Source of the DNA: an uncultured Planctomycetota bacterium | GTDB taxonomy: Bacteria > Planctomycetota > Planctomycetia > Isosphaerales > Isosphaeraceae | DNA length: 64,000 nt | Assembly: GCA_963823665.1 (NCBI GenBank) | Contig: CAWGMQ010000005.1 | Location: 224,001 to 288,000, forward strand | Direction of reading: 5' to 3' | Shown: piece after piece, positions 35,239 to 46,803 of the stretch | Layout: every line of letters begins with the position of its first letter | How positions within the stretch are numbered: position 1 is the stretch's first letter | Notes under the pieces: generated by a model | Told to the model about the DNA's origin: nothing | Databases searched by the model: none | Seen by the model: the letters and a program-made list of their open reading frames with translations, nothing else | Translations under genes and position numbers: made by a program

Positions 35239-35792
35239 AGCTGCTCAGCACCTTCATGGTGACCAGCTCCAGTGACAGCGGCGCCCTGAGCACAGGCGAG
35301 AACGAAACCTTCGCCGCGCCATCGCTGGCCATCACCAACTGCACGTTCACCGGCAACGAGGCTGTCGGGTCGAGCGGGGCCAACAACTCCACCGCGCTCT
35401 TCGGCGGTGAAGCTCTGGGCGGCGCCATGGCCAATGCCGGCCCGCTCACCATTGCCAACAGCACGTTTACCGGCAACGTGGCCGAGGGCGGGGACCACGG
35501 CGACAACGTCGGCGGTCTTGACCCCGACCCCGTCCTCGGCGAGGCATGGGGCGGCGGCCTGGTCAACTTTGCCAGCACGCTCACGATAACCAACACTGTC
35601 TTTAGCTGCAACCAGGCCATCGGCGGCAACTCCGCCACCGGACCCGGAGCTCCGGCCGCAGGCGGCGGCCTCGCCGCGGAGATCTTTGCTGACACGACGC
35701 TCACCGGCGTGAGCTCCTTCGGCAACCAGGCGATTGGCGGCAGCGGCGGGAGCAGCAGCCCCGGATACGCGGGCACGGGCGGCAGCGGGTTC
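35226..35792 (+). pseudogene. Fragments of a LEPRxLL-type beta-helix (GGA/FxxN repeat) extracellular protein fused behind the kinase
   Basis: [19 protein letters not shown] leader followed at once by internal repeats ([27 protein letters not shown]). No own start or stop. Confidence 0.7.
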
Positions 35793-35873
35793 GACTGTGC
35801 GACTCGAACCCACACCGTCTTGCGACGACCGGATTTTGAGTCCGGTACCTCTGCCATATACGTGGTAGTCGAA
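35787..35873 (-). tRNA. Non-canonical or degenerate tRNA-Leu(CAA)-like element
   Basis: Minus strand reads TTCGACT ACC ACGTATATGGCAGA GGT A CCGGA CTCAAAA TCCGG TCGTC GCAA GACGG T GTGGG TTCGAGT CGCAC AGTCGAA C CCG: 7-bp acceptor stem, CAA anticodon arm, long variable arm, TTCGA T-loop. D-arm is atypical, T-stem has one G-G mismatch, no encoded CCA. Confidence 0.7.
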
Positions 35874-36087
35874 AACACGTCTGACACCCACGATCCACGC
35901 CCGAGCCTGCATGACCGAGAAATTGGGCGTCTGAACTCGCGCCCGACAGAGGAACTCGGCTCGTCGGATCGGCGCCGCGTCGATCAATCTCAATCGCGTC
36001 CGGCGCCGTCGTCCCGCAGCGCGAGCCGCGCACTTGCGCTGCCCGTCCCTCGCTACGTCGGTTATCATTAACGCTGGTAGAAGCAAA

Positions 36088-36110
36088 CTGACTCCAGCCG
36101 TTGGAGTTAG
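36088..36110 (+). promoter_or_regulatory. Inverted repeat covering the RBS of the downstream small gene
   Basis: CTGACTCCA-gccgt-TGGAGTTAG forms a 9-bp stem (one G-U) that contains the GGAG ahead of ATG 36115. Confidence 0.45.
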
Positions 36111-36114
36111 AATC

Positions 36115-36351
36115 ATGATGTCCCCCGGCGCTCGTCCAAATCTGTCCAAGTTACCGCCATCGGGGCTTGGACCGGACGGCAAGTTGCCCCGATTGACCGA
36201 TGAAGAGCGAAGGCGCTTGATCGAGTCGGCGCAGCAACGGTTGGCTGAAATCGCCGAAATGACCGACGACGATCCCCCCGGGGCCTTTGAGGAGTTCATG
36301 CGCAACCTTGACGAAAACCGTCCTCATCGGCCTCTGTCTAAGGGGATGTGA
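36115..36351 (+). CDS. Small protein with acidic C-terminal half, possibly an antitoxin
   Basis: GGAG RBS; ends EEFMRNLDENRPHRPLSKGM; the stop overlaps a new ATG (TGATGATG). Antitoxin role is inferred from resemblance to small genes that precede PIN-type toxins. Confidence 0.5.
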   Translation: MMSPGARPNLSKLPPSGLGPDGKLPRLTDEERRRLIESAQQRLAEIAEMTDDDPPGAFEEFMRNLDENRPHRPLSKGM

Positions 36352-36389
36352 TGATGATCCTCAGGCCGCGAACACCCGATCAATGCCGG

Positions 36390-37821
36390 TCACGACACGA
36401 TCCTGGAGACGACCTCGCCTTCCGTGTCAGTCAGTCGGAATCGGCGGCCGTTGTGCTGATACGTGAGCAGTTTGTGATCCATACCAAGCAAGTGCAGGAT
36501 CGTGGCGTGCAGGTCGTGGACTGAGGTACGTTCCGAGGCGGCCTTCCAGCCGATGTCGTCCGTTTCCCCGTGGCTTACACCCCCCTTGACTCCCCCTCCG
36601 GCCATCCAGACCAGAAATCCATTCGGGTTGTGATCGCGGCCGTCGCCTTTCTCGGAGACCGGCATCCGGCCGAACTCGCCTCCCCAGACGACGAGCGTCG
36701 ATTCCAGTAGCCCGCGTTGTTTGAGGTCGGCACAGGAGGCCAGCGATGGGCCGGTCGGTTTCAAGACATCTCTGACCGTGATTGCCTTTCAGGTCGTTGT
36801 GGGCGTCCCACTCGTCGTTGCAGTAAACCTGCACGAACCGAACCCCTCGCTCGACGAGCCTGCGCGCCAGCAGGCATTTTTCACCGAACGGGCGCGTCAC
36901 ATCCTCGTCGAGCCCGTAGAGGCTTCGGACCGACCGGCTCTCCGCGGAGAAACTCACCGCGTCCATCGCCTCGGTCTGCATCCGACCCGCGAGCTCGTAG
37001 TTCTGTATCCGCGCCAGAAGATCGGCTTCGCCAGGATGCCGCTCCGCGTGCTCGCCGTTGAGCCTCGCGGAGAGCTCGAGCATCGCGTGCTGCCGGGTTT
37101 CGCTCACGTCCGGCAGGCGATTCAGGTCGAGGATCGGCGAGCCCTGCGCGCGAAAAGTCGTCGCCTGATAGGCCGAGGGCAAGAACCCCGCTCCCCAGTT
37201 GCCCGCGCCCCCTTTGCTGCCACGGGAGTTTTGCAGGACCACGAAGCCGGGCAGGCTCTGGTTCTCCGTGCCGAGCCCGTATGCGACCCACGACCCGGCG
37301 CTCGGGAAGCCTGCTCGAATCACTCCTGTGTTCATCTGATACATCGCCGGTCCATGCGCGGGCGACTCGGCGAAACAACCTTTGATGAGTGCAAGGTCGT
37401 CCACATGCCGGGCGAGGTGGGGCAGCCGGTCACAAACCCAGGCCCCGCTCTGGCCGTACTGCTGGAAACCAAACGGTGAGCGCATCAAGGGGCCGGGGCT
37501 TCCGAAGAAGACATCGATCGAGCGACCGGGGCGTTGCCCGTGGTGTCGGTCGAGCTCGGTCTTCGGGTCGAAGGTGTCCATGGCGCTTGGTCCGCCTTCC
37601 ATGAACAGCCAGATCACGCACCGTGCTTTCGCTGCGAAATGCGTCGGCTTCGGAGCCATTGCCCCGTCGGACGTCGCGTCCGAGGCCAGCAGTCGATCGC
37701 CACCGAGCAGTTCGGCCAGGGCGAGCATTCCGAAGCCATTGCCGGCCCGACTGAGGAATTGCCGGCGATTGGAAATCATCCGATCGACTCGGCCGCAAGG
37801 GAAGCGAGACCCGTTTTCCAT
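36390..37821 (-). CDS. DUF1501 domain protein with Tat-like signal; frameshift near 36735
   Basis: [43 protein letters not shown] and GRDHNP motifs. Confidence 0.9.
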
Positions 37822-37841
37822 GATCGAAATCGACCTCGCGG

Positions 37842-40370
37842 TTAATCGACGTACAGGAATTCGTTGAGCGTGAACAGGACGTGGCAGAAGTCCGTCAGGA
37901 TTTCTTGATCACCTTCCTTCGCCAGGAACTCGCGCGCGGTTTTCTCCTCGTCCAGGCTGGGACGGCGGCTCAGTGCCAGCTCGTAGGCGCGGCGGACGCG
38001 GCGATCCGTGTCGGCACCAGCTTCCCGCGAAACCCTCCCGGCAAGGTCGCGGGCCCGCGCACGCACGAACGGGTTATTGAGAAGCAGGAGATTCTGCGTG
38101 GGTACGGCCGTGCTGTTCCGCCGGCCGCACGCAGACGTGGAATCGGGTGAATCAAACACCTCGACAAACGGGTTCGTCACCGATCGCTTGATGAACGCAT
38201 AAACCGACCGCCGCCAGTTCGCGGGTCCGTCACGAATGTCGGCTGGATAGGCGTCCTTGCTTCGTGTCGCGATGGCTTCGGAGGGGATGATGGAGCGGAA
38301 CGAGGGCCCGTATACCTGGGGAGACAAGCGACCTGACGCAGCGAGCATCGCGTCGCGGATGGCCTCCGCCTCCAAACGCCTGGGACGGCGGTGCCAGAGG
38401 AACCGGTTTTCCTGGTCGATGGCGGCCTTGGCCGGGTCATGAGCCGTCGCTTGCCGGTAAGCCGCGCTCGTGACGATCCGGCGATGCAGCGGCTTCAGTC
38501 GCAGCCGCCCTGAACGAGCTCGCCGGCCAGCCAGTCGAGCAGCTCGGGATGGACCGGTTTCTCGCCTTGTGTCCCGAAGTCGTCGGGAGTTCGCGAGAGT
38601 CCCTCGCCGAAATGATGCTGCCACATCCGGTTGACGGCGACCCGCGCCAGCAAGCCGCCCGCGCCCTGCTCGACGTCGGTCAGCCACTCCGCCAGCGCAG
38701 CGCGTTGGTAGGTCGTGCCCGGAACTCGATCGTCTGCATGCTCTGACTTCGAGCTCCGCCCGATCCGCTTCTTTGCCCTGGCGTGGAAGTCCCTGGCGCT
38801 CGCGGAACCGGTCAATACCTGGAGAAAACCGAGGTTGACCACCGACTTCTTGTTCGTCACGCTGCCGCGACCGAGCAGGAACGATTGGTTCGGCGTCGCC
38901 GCGGTGTCGAGTAATACAACTCCGCGGTCAACTTTACCCTTTGCCTCGGGCAGTCGGGATTTGAGGGTCTGCCAGGCCTTTCTCTGTTCCGGCATCATCC
39001 ACGTGAGAAGAAGCTCGTCCGTAGCCTCCAGGGCCTTGCCGTATTTCTTGTAAAGCTCGATCTGAATGGGTACGAAGAAGTGCTCGGGCTGACGAAGCCA
39101 GAACTTCTCCTCATCGGAGAGATGAAGCACTCTCATGCGGTCTTCGCGGTAAAGCCGGCGCTCGGCGCGGAGCCAGCGTTCCAGGTCGCGGTGCGGTCGA
39201 GAGAGAGAAGCGTCCTCGCGCTCGGCCGTCGTGAACGCCGCCAGCATCGAATAATAATCGCGCGTGGGGATCGGATCGAACTTGTGGTCATGACAACGTG
39301 CGCAGCCGACGGTGAGGCCGAGAAAGGCTGAGCTCGTGGTCGAGAGGATGTTGTCCAGCTCGTCATAACGGATTTTCTCTTTGTTCTCCTCCGTATCAGC
39401 GGGCGTCGTTTCCTGAGCAAGGCGCCGCCGTGCAAAAACCCGTCGCGGCGAGCGCGCGTGGGTTGCCCGGTTCGAGCTCATCGCCGGCGATCTGCCAGCG
39501 GACGAACTGGTCGAACGGCATGTCGTCGTTCAGGGCATGGATTACGAAGTCGCGGTAGCGGTAGGCCGTCTTGCGGTCGAGGTCGGACTCATACCCGTCG
39601 CTGTCCGCGTAACGGGCCAGATCGAGCCAGTGTCGTCCCCAGCGCTCGCCATACTGCGGAGAGGCAAGCAGGCGGTCGACGACGCGTTCATACGCATCTG
39701 GCCTCCGGTCGCCGGCGAAAGCTGTCACATCATCGAAGCTTGGAGGCAATCCGATCAAGTCAAAGGTCACGCGGCGAATCAAGGTTAACCGATCGGCCTC
39801 GGGAGCCGGCGTCAGATTCTTCGCTTGGCGCGCGTTATTCAGGAAAGCGTCAATGGGGTTCGACAGTGCACCGGCACCCGTTGTGCCCGGGGGGCTGATC
39901 GGCCGGAGCTGCCGGAACGACCAGTGGTCGCGGTCGGCGGCGGTCACGACCATTTCCGGGCGGCCCGGGTTCGCGGTCGCGCCTTTCGCCGCCGTCGGCC
40001 AGGAAGCTCCGTCGGCAACCCAGCGGCGAAGCAAACTCACTTCGTCCACCGAAAGGCGTGTCCCCCTGGGCGGCATGCGTCGATCGTCCTTGTCCGAAGA
40101 CACTCGGTCGATCAACGCGCTCGACTCGACCTTTCCCGGAACGACCGCGGGCTCGCCGGAATCACCGCCGGCCAGCACCGATTCCCTCACATCGAGCCGA
40201 AGCCCGCCGCGCTGCTTTTCGGGCCCGTGACACTTGAGGCAATTGCGCTCGAGGATGGATTGAACTTTCGAAGCCAAATCCACAGGTGCAGGTTCATCCG
40301 CGATCGCGGCGTTTTGCACGAACGCGGCGAGCCAGCTCATCGCAGTCAAGGCGGTGAGCCACGCTCTCAT
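37842..40370 (-). CDS. PSD1/planctomycete cytochrome c protein (DUF1549/DUF1553); frameshifts near 39420 and 38500
   Basis: CLKCH and [11 protein letters not shown] heme motifs, [27 protein letters not shown] and [13 protein letters not shown] across three overlapping ORFs. Confidence 0.88.
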
Positions 40371-40791
40371 GGACTTTCCCCCTGCCGTCTGGCGATCGGT
40401 GGCTGTTGGACGGGCAAAGCGAGATCGGACGAAGTCGTCGATAAACAGATACTTCCCGATAATTGAATCCGCCAACAGGATGTAGGAACAGGGCGATTCT
40501 TCCAATTCGTCTGCTTGATTGAATTCTCCAGGGAAACGATACCTGCGTCAATCGCGGCCAATTCCCGTTGATTGGTGAGAACCAGTTGCTGGCGTTGAGG
40601 ATTCAGGGCCTTCGAATCTGGCAGGGATCCCCTACGCAAGGAGTTCGACGCACCCAGCCGCCGGGCCGGGCCGCCACCCATTCGTCCAGGAACGGACTTC
40701 GTCCGCGCCGTGACCAGAGGCTGGTCCGCCCACGCGCAACGAAAAGGACCGATTGCGCGCGCCAGGCATGCATTCGGTCCCTTATTGATGG

Positions 40792-40832
40792 AAAATGGCC
40801 GAGGTCGAAACGAAGATCCCGGCCGTTCTTTT
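40792..40832 (-). terminator. Possible intrinsic terminator after the PEP-CTERM gene
   Basis: Imperfect GC stem (GGCCGGG...CTCGGCC) followed by ATTTT on the minus strand, just past the stop codon. Confidence 0.35.
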
Positions 40833-40844
40833 GACGTGTGCGCG

Positions 40845-41495
40845 TCAGGCAGCGCGGCGGTTGCGGAACCGGCTGGCTGCCGCGATCGCGCCCAGCCCCA
40901 ACCCCAGCAGCACCACGCCCGACGGCTCGGGTACACTCAGCACCATGACCTGAGGCCCACTCGAAGTCGGTGTGACTGTGCCATCGACGGTCCCGGAGGA
41001 ATTGACGAGGAACGTGGCGCCGATTTCGCCCGAGCCGGAGTCAAAGATGTTGAGGTTGAATGCAGTGCCGCTGAAGGCCCCCGTGGCACCAGGACCGATC
41101 TCGGGCCCCGACAGCGTCACGAATACGTCGAAGAACGAGCCCACCGAGAAGTTCTGATCGAGCTCGGAATACGCGGTATTGTTCGCGGTGATCATTCCAG
41201 GGGAAAGTGGCGGCAAACCGCCGGAAGCAGTCCCCGTGTTGGGTTGGAGCAGCGAGTTCTGGAGGGCGCCGTCGGTGGTGGCGCCAAAGACCACCGCCGA
41301 CACGCTCGCCGAAGCAGGCGGGAAGGACGGAGCGAGCGTGACCTGAACGAACCCGCCCGGCCCCGAGGTTAAACCGGACGTATCGGCGAGGATCTCATAG
41401 GTCATCGACCCGGCCCGCGCCGGGTTCGACAATCCGGCGCCGGCGACGATGAACAGCGCAGCCAAGAGGAATGAAAAGATCTGTCGAAAGCTCAT
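40845..41495 (-). CDS. PEP-CTERM sorting domain protein
   Basis: Signal peptide ending PARAG; C-terminal VPEPSGVVLLGLGLG TM segment plus basic tail RFRNRRAA. Confidence 0.92.
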   Translation of the reverse strand: MSFRQIFSFLLAALFIVAGAGLSNPARAGSMTYEILADTSGLTSGPGGFVQVTLAPSFPPASASVSAVVFGATTDGALQNSLLQPNTGTASGGLPPLSPGMITANNTAYSELDQNFSVGSFFDVFVTLSGPEIGPGATGAFSGTAFNLNIFDSGSGEIGATFLVNSSGTVDGTVTPTSSGPQVMVLSVPEPSGVVLLGLGLGAIAAASRFRNRRAA

Positions 41496-41536
41496 GCAAT
41501 AGCCTTCTTTCTATTTATATCTTAAGGTTAAAGAGA

Positions 41537-42571
41537 TCATGATCCGAGAAAACCGAGATAGAACGACGTTGAGTAGCTGGCCGGGGCGACGTTCGAGTTG
41601 AAAGTGACGGTGATCGCGCTGGTGGTCGCGCCCGCCGCCAGGCTCGCGACTTGGAACTGGAGATAGAACTGTCCACCGTAGGTGCCAGTTGCATTCTCCA
41701 GGAAAACGCCCCCTGGGAGATTGAACTGGATGTAGATCGGCCCGCTGAACGCCGACGTGCCGGTGTTCGTGAGGGTGATGCTTCCGGACCAGAGGCCCGT
41801 CCTGGGGTTGTGGGACAGACCAAACTTGTTGATTCGAATGCTGGCGGTCTCCACGTCGAACGTGCCGAGGGAACCGCTCGGGATGGTGTCACCGTTCGTG
41901 TCGCTGACCGGCGAGCCGCCAAGGTCGACGGTGTAGGTGCCGTTGTCGGCCGAGGTCCACGAGCCGTGCGGCGGCGTGATCGAGTACGTCACCGTGAAAA
42001 ACTGGGAATTGCCCGAGGAATCGGTCGGGCCATTGGCCACCGTGGAGACGACCGTCGCGGTGATCGGACCACCGAGTCCGCTGGGTGGGACGACCTGCAC
42101 GACCGCGCCGGCCAGTGATGTCCGCGTGATGTAAGCGGCGCCGGCGTAGGCCACGGTGAAGTCATAGGACGTCTGGCCGTAACCAGGCGCGACGGGAACG
42201 TTCGAGGCGGTGAGCGTGGCGTCTGGTCCTGGGACCGAGGCGATGCTGATGCCATCGCCGGGGTCGCCTTTGATGGAGGTGTTCACGAAGCCGGGTCTGT
42301 AGCGTTCCTCGAAGCTGCCGATGGTCTGGCCGGCGCCGTCGCCCTTGATGGAACCGAAGGAGATCAGGTTCGCGAGCGGTTTCGTGGCCGTGGCCTTCGA
42401 CGCCAGCATCAACGCGGTCCCCCCGTCGACCAGCGGGTAGGACACCAGGTCGCTTCCGAGGCCCTGCGCGAGGGCGAGCCGGACCTCCAGATTTTCCAGC
42501 AGCGGCCGGACCGGCCGTTGCCTGCGACGTTGAACGCTTAGAGGACGCAGGGATCGCTTGCGGGATGACAT
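41537..42571 (-). CDS. LEPRxLL-type extracellular protein, probably an internally deleted S53 (sedolisin)-like precursor
   Basis: Basic N-terminus and PLLENLEVRLALA leader. ISFGSIKGDGAGQTIG resembles the start of an S53 catalytic domain, but no catalytic motifs follow; a Ser/Thr-rich beta domain comes next. Confidence 0.55.
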   Translation of the reverse strand: MSSRKRSLRPLSVQRRRQRPVRPLLENLEVRLALAQGLGSDLVSYPLVDGGTALMLASKATATKPLANLISFGSIKGDGAGQTIGSFEERYRPGFVNTSIKGDPGDGISIASVPGPDATLTASNVPVAPGYGQTSYDFTVAYAGAAYITRTSLAGAVVQVVPPSGLGGPITATVVSTVANGPTDSSGNSQFFTVTYSITPPHGSWTSADNGTYTVDLGGSPVSDTNGDTIPSGSLGTFDVETASIRINKFGLSHNPRTGLWSGSITLTNTGTSAFSGPIYIQFNLPGGVFLENATGTYGGQFYLQFQVASLAAGATTSAITVTFNSNVAPASYSTSFYLGFLGS

Positions 42572-43331
42572 GGTCGATTGGTTCCTTGGTGTCGGGACAA
42601 AGTTCCTGATCGCTAAGACTGGGTGATGGCCTGCGCCCGTCACAGCAACAACCACGAGGCGCACCGCGACCGCACGCGGTACAGCGGAACGTCCTACGCA
42701 GTCACGCCATCACAGGGCCGACCCGTACTCCAAAGACGGGGCTCCATCGGGGCGCTGCCCTCAAGGCACAGGCCAGGAATGCGGGGCGCCGGATGCCCAT
42801 CGAACGAGTCCGGCTACGTCGCGATGATTTGAGCTTCGGTCAGACCAACCCCGATGTTGCAGGATCACGTCAACGTGTCGGACCCCGCACCGGCCGACCA
42901 CAGGATTCCTACCCGGGCCGCCAATACCGATTGATCGTGACGAATACCGGACAGTTCAGATGCGGAACGCCGCACCTCGGCATTCCCCTCTGCATCCTCT
43001 GCTGATCGATCGAGCGCATCTCATCGCACACACTGCGACCCTCGAACATAACGAAAAAATCTTCAAAGTCAATCTGGTGCCGAGGGATGTTGACAAAAAC
43101 GAACATGTTTATATTACCGGAGCTGATTTTTATGAAACGTGCCCGTTGCAGATAAAGACAAAAACACGCATTGCACAACCTTGTGCTGAGACATTCAGTT
43201 TGGGTAACCTCTGGCAACCACCAGGCGTTCCACTTGTAGACTGCCGGCCCGCCCCATCCTGCGGTACACTTCGGTCCGGCTCGATCAACCGCCCATCACG
43301 ACGCCACCCCGAGCATCGAGCGAGGGCCATC

Positions 43332-45512
43332 ATGCCAGGTCGCCGTCTCCTTGGATTGGTTCTCGGCCTCGCCACCTCATTGCCGGTTTCGGCCATGGCC
43401 GAGGACGGCTATCGCCTGTGGCTGCGCTACGACCGCCTCCCCGAGCAATCGATCAACGCCTACCAGCCTCGGCTCAAGTCCGTGGTGATACCAGGCAACT
43501 CGGCGACTCTCGATGCCATCCGCACCGAGCTTGTCGACGGTTTCTCCGGACTGCTCGGCCATCCCGTTCCGGCCGCAGGGACCGTCGACCGCGATGGCGC
43601 CGTGGTCGTCGGAACACCCAGGAGTTCGCCGATCATCGCCAGCCTCGGTTGGGGCCCTCGGCTGGCCGAGCTCGGGCCGGAGGGGTTCCGGATCCACTCC
43701 GTCAAGCTGGGCGGACGAGCGATCACCGTCGTCGCCTCCGACGGCGAAATCGGTGCGCTCTACGGCGCCTTCCACTTCCTCCGTCTGGTGCAAACGCTCC
43801 GGCCGGTCGAAAACCTGGATGTGACAGAACAACCACGCCTGCGCCTCCGCCTGCTCAACCATTGGGATAACCTCGACGGCACCATCGAGCGAGGCTACGC
43901 CGGGCGATCCCTCTGGGACTGGAAGTCCCTTCCCGAGGCGCCGGCCGCGCGACTCCGCGACTACGCCCGCGCCAATGCCTCCATAGGGATCAACGGCTCC
44001 GTGCTCAATAACGTGAATGCCCGCTCCGCGATTCTGGCCGCCGATTACTTGAAAAAGGTCGCCGCCATCGCCGCCGCATTCCGCCCCTATGGCGTGCGGG
44101 TTTATCTATCGGCGCGGTTCTCGGCGCCGATTGAGCTGGGCGGCCTGAAAACTGCCGATCCGCTCGATCCAGGCGTCATCGCGTGGTGGAAGGCCAAGGC
44201 CGACGAAATCTACGCGCTCATCCCCGACTTCGGCGGGTTCCTGGTCAAAGCCAGCAGCGAGGGCCAGCCGGGTCCGCACACCTACAATCGCAGCCACAAG
44301 GACGGTGCGAACATGCTCGCCGCCGCGGTGGCTCCCCACGACGGCGTGGTGATGTGGCGTGCCTTCGTCTACGACCCCAAGCCAGGTTCCGATCGCGCCG
44401 CGGCCGCCTACGACTCGCTCCATCAGTTCGACGGCCAGTTCGCGCCGAACGTCTTGCTTCAGGTCAAGAACGGCCCCATCGACTTCCAGCCGCGCGAGCC
44501 CTTCCACCCGCTCTTCGGCGCCATGCCGAAAACCCCGCTCATGCTCGAGGTCCAGATCACCCAGGAGTACCTCGGCTTCGCGAATCACCTCGTGTTCCTG
44601 GCCCCGATGTGGCGCGAGTGTCTCGATTCCGACACCGATGCGGAGGGCCCCGGCTCGACCGTCGCCCGCGTCGTGGGCGGCTCCCTCTCCACCCCCAGGC
44701 GCCTGACCGGCATGGCCGGGGTCGCAAACACCGGCTCGGATCGCAACTGGACCGGCCACCACTTCGCCCAGGCCAACTGGTTTGCCTTCGGCCGCCTGGC
44801 CTGGGACTTGAGCATTCCTTCCCGGCAGATTGCCGACGAATGGGTTGAGCTGACGCTCACACACGATCGCGAAGCCAAGGCGGCCATCGAGCGCATCATG
44901 CTCGAATCATACGAGGTGGCGGTTGACTCCATGACGCCGCTCGGCCTGCACCACATCATGTGGCAGGGCCATCACTACGGGCCCGCACCCTGGTGGGATC
45001 GGGACGTGCGCCCCGACTGGAATTCGATCTATTACCACCGCGCCGACGCGCACGGAGTGGGCTTCGACCGCACCGGGACCGGCAGTGACGCCGTCAGCCG
45101 GTACCGCCCGGTGGTCCGCAGCCGATTCGCCGAGCTCGCCACCTGCCCCGAAGTCTTCCTGCTCTGGTTCCATCACGTCCCGTGGGACCACCGGCTGCGA
45201 TCCGGCCGCACGCTCTGGGACGAGCTGGCAATCCACTATCAGCGCGGAGTGAGCCAGGTCCGAGCCGCACGCGGGCAGTGGGACGCACTGGCCGGAGTGA
45301 TCGACCAGGAGCGGCACGCCGACGTCGCCAAGCGGCTGGCCATCCAGGAGCGCGATGCGGTCTGGTGGAGAGACGCCGTCCTGCTCTACTTCCAGACCTT
45401 CTCGCATCGCCCGCTGCCGCAAGGGGTCGAAGCACCGGCGCGGACGTTGGAAGAGTACAAGACCAGAAGCCTGCTCCGGCAGGACACTCCCGGTTCGAAT
45501 CGCATTCGCTGA
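43332..45512 (+). CDS. aguA: Secreted alpha-glucuronidase, glycoside hydrolase family 67
   Basis: Signal peptide; [47 protein letters not shown] and LLWFHHVPW motifs. Confidence 0.93.
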   Translation: MPGRRLLGLVLGLATSLPVSAMAEDGYRLWLRYDRLPEQSINAYQPRLKSVVIPGNSATLDAIRTELVDGFSGLLGHPVPAAGTVDRDGAVVVGTPRSSPIIASLGWGPRLAELGPEGFRIHSVKLGGRAITVVASDGEIGALYGAFHFLRLVQTLRPVENLDVTEQPRLRLRLLNHWDNLDGTIERGYAGRSLWDWKSLPEAPAARLRDYARANASIGINGSVLNNVNARSAILAADYLKKVAAIAAAFRPYGVRVYLSARFSAPIELGGLKTADPLDPGVIAWWKAKADEIYALIPDFGGFLVKASSEGQPGPHTYNRSHKDGANMLAAAVAPHDGVVMWRAFVYDPKPGSDRAAAAYDSLHQFDGQFAPNVLLQVKNGPIDFQPREPFHPLFGAMPKTPLMLEVQITQEYLGFANHLVFLAPMWRECLDSDTDAEGPGSTVARVVGGSLSTPRRLTGMAGVANTGSDRNWTGHHFAQANWFAFGRLAWDLSIPSRQIADEWVELTLTHDREAKAAIERIMLESYEVAVDSMTPLGLHHIMWQGHHYGPAPWWDRDVRPDWNSIYYHRADAHGVGFDRTGTGSDAVSRYRPVVRSRFAELATCPEVFLLWFHHVPWDHRLRSGRTLWDELAIHYQRGVSQVRAARGQWDALAGVIDQERHADVAKRLAIQERDAVWWRDAVLLYFQTFSHRPLPQGVEAPARTLEEYKTRSLLRQDTPGSNRIR

Positions 45513-45519
45513 GGCTCGC

Positions 45520-46763
<1,244 letters not shown>

Positions 46764-46803
46764 GCCACCCCATCCGCGGGGTCAGAGAGAGAGGCGGAGA
46801 GAA

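Noticed and set aside
33846..36071. 741-aa ORF as an evolved receptor kinase with beta-helix ectodomain
   Set aside because: The TM helix is out of frame, the linker is off-frame sequence and the tail runs antisense through the tRNA-like element.
43040..43200. TTGACA...TATATT sigma-70 promoter or LexA-like box upstream of aguA
   Set aside because: The spacer is only 14 nt, AACATGTT does not fit a LexA box I know, and the AT-rich patch may be a coding remnant.
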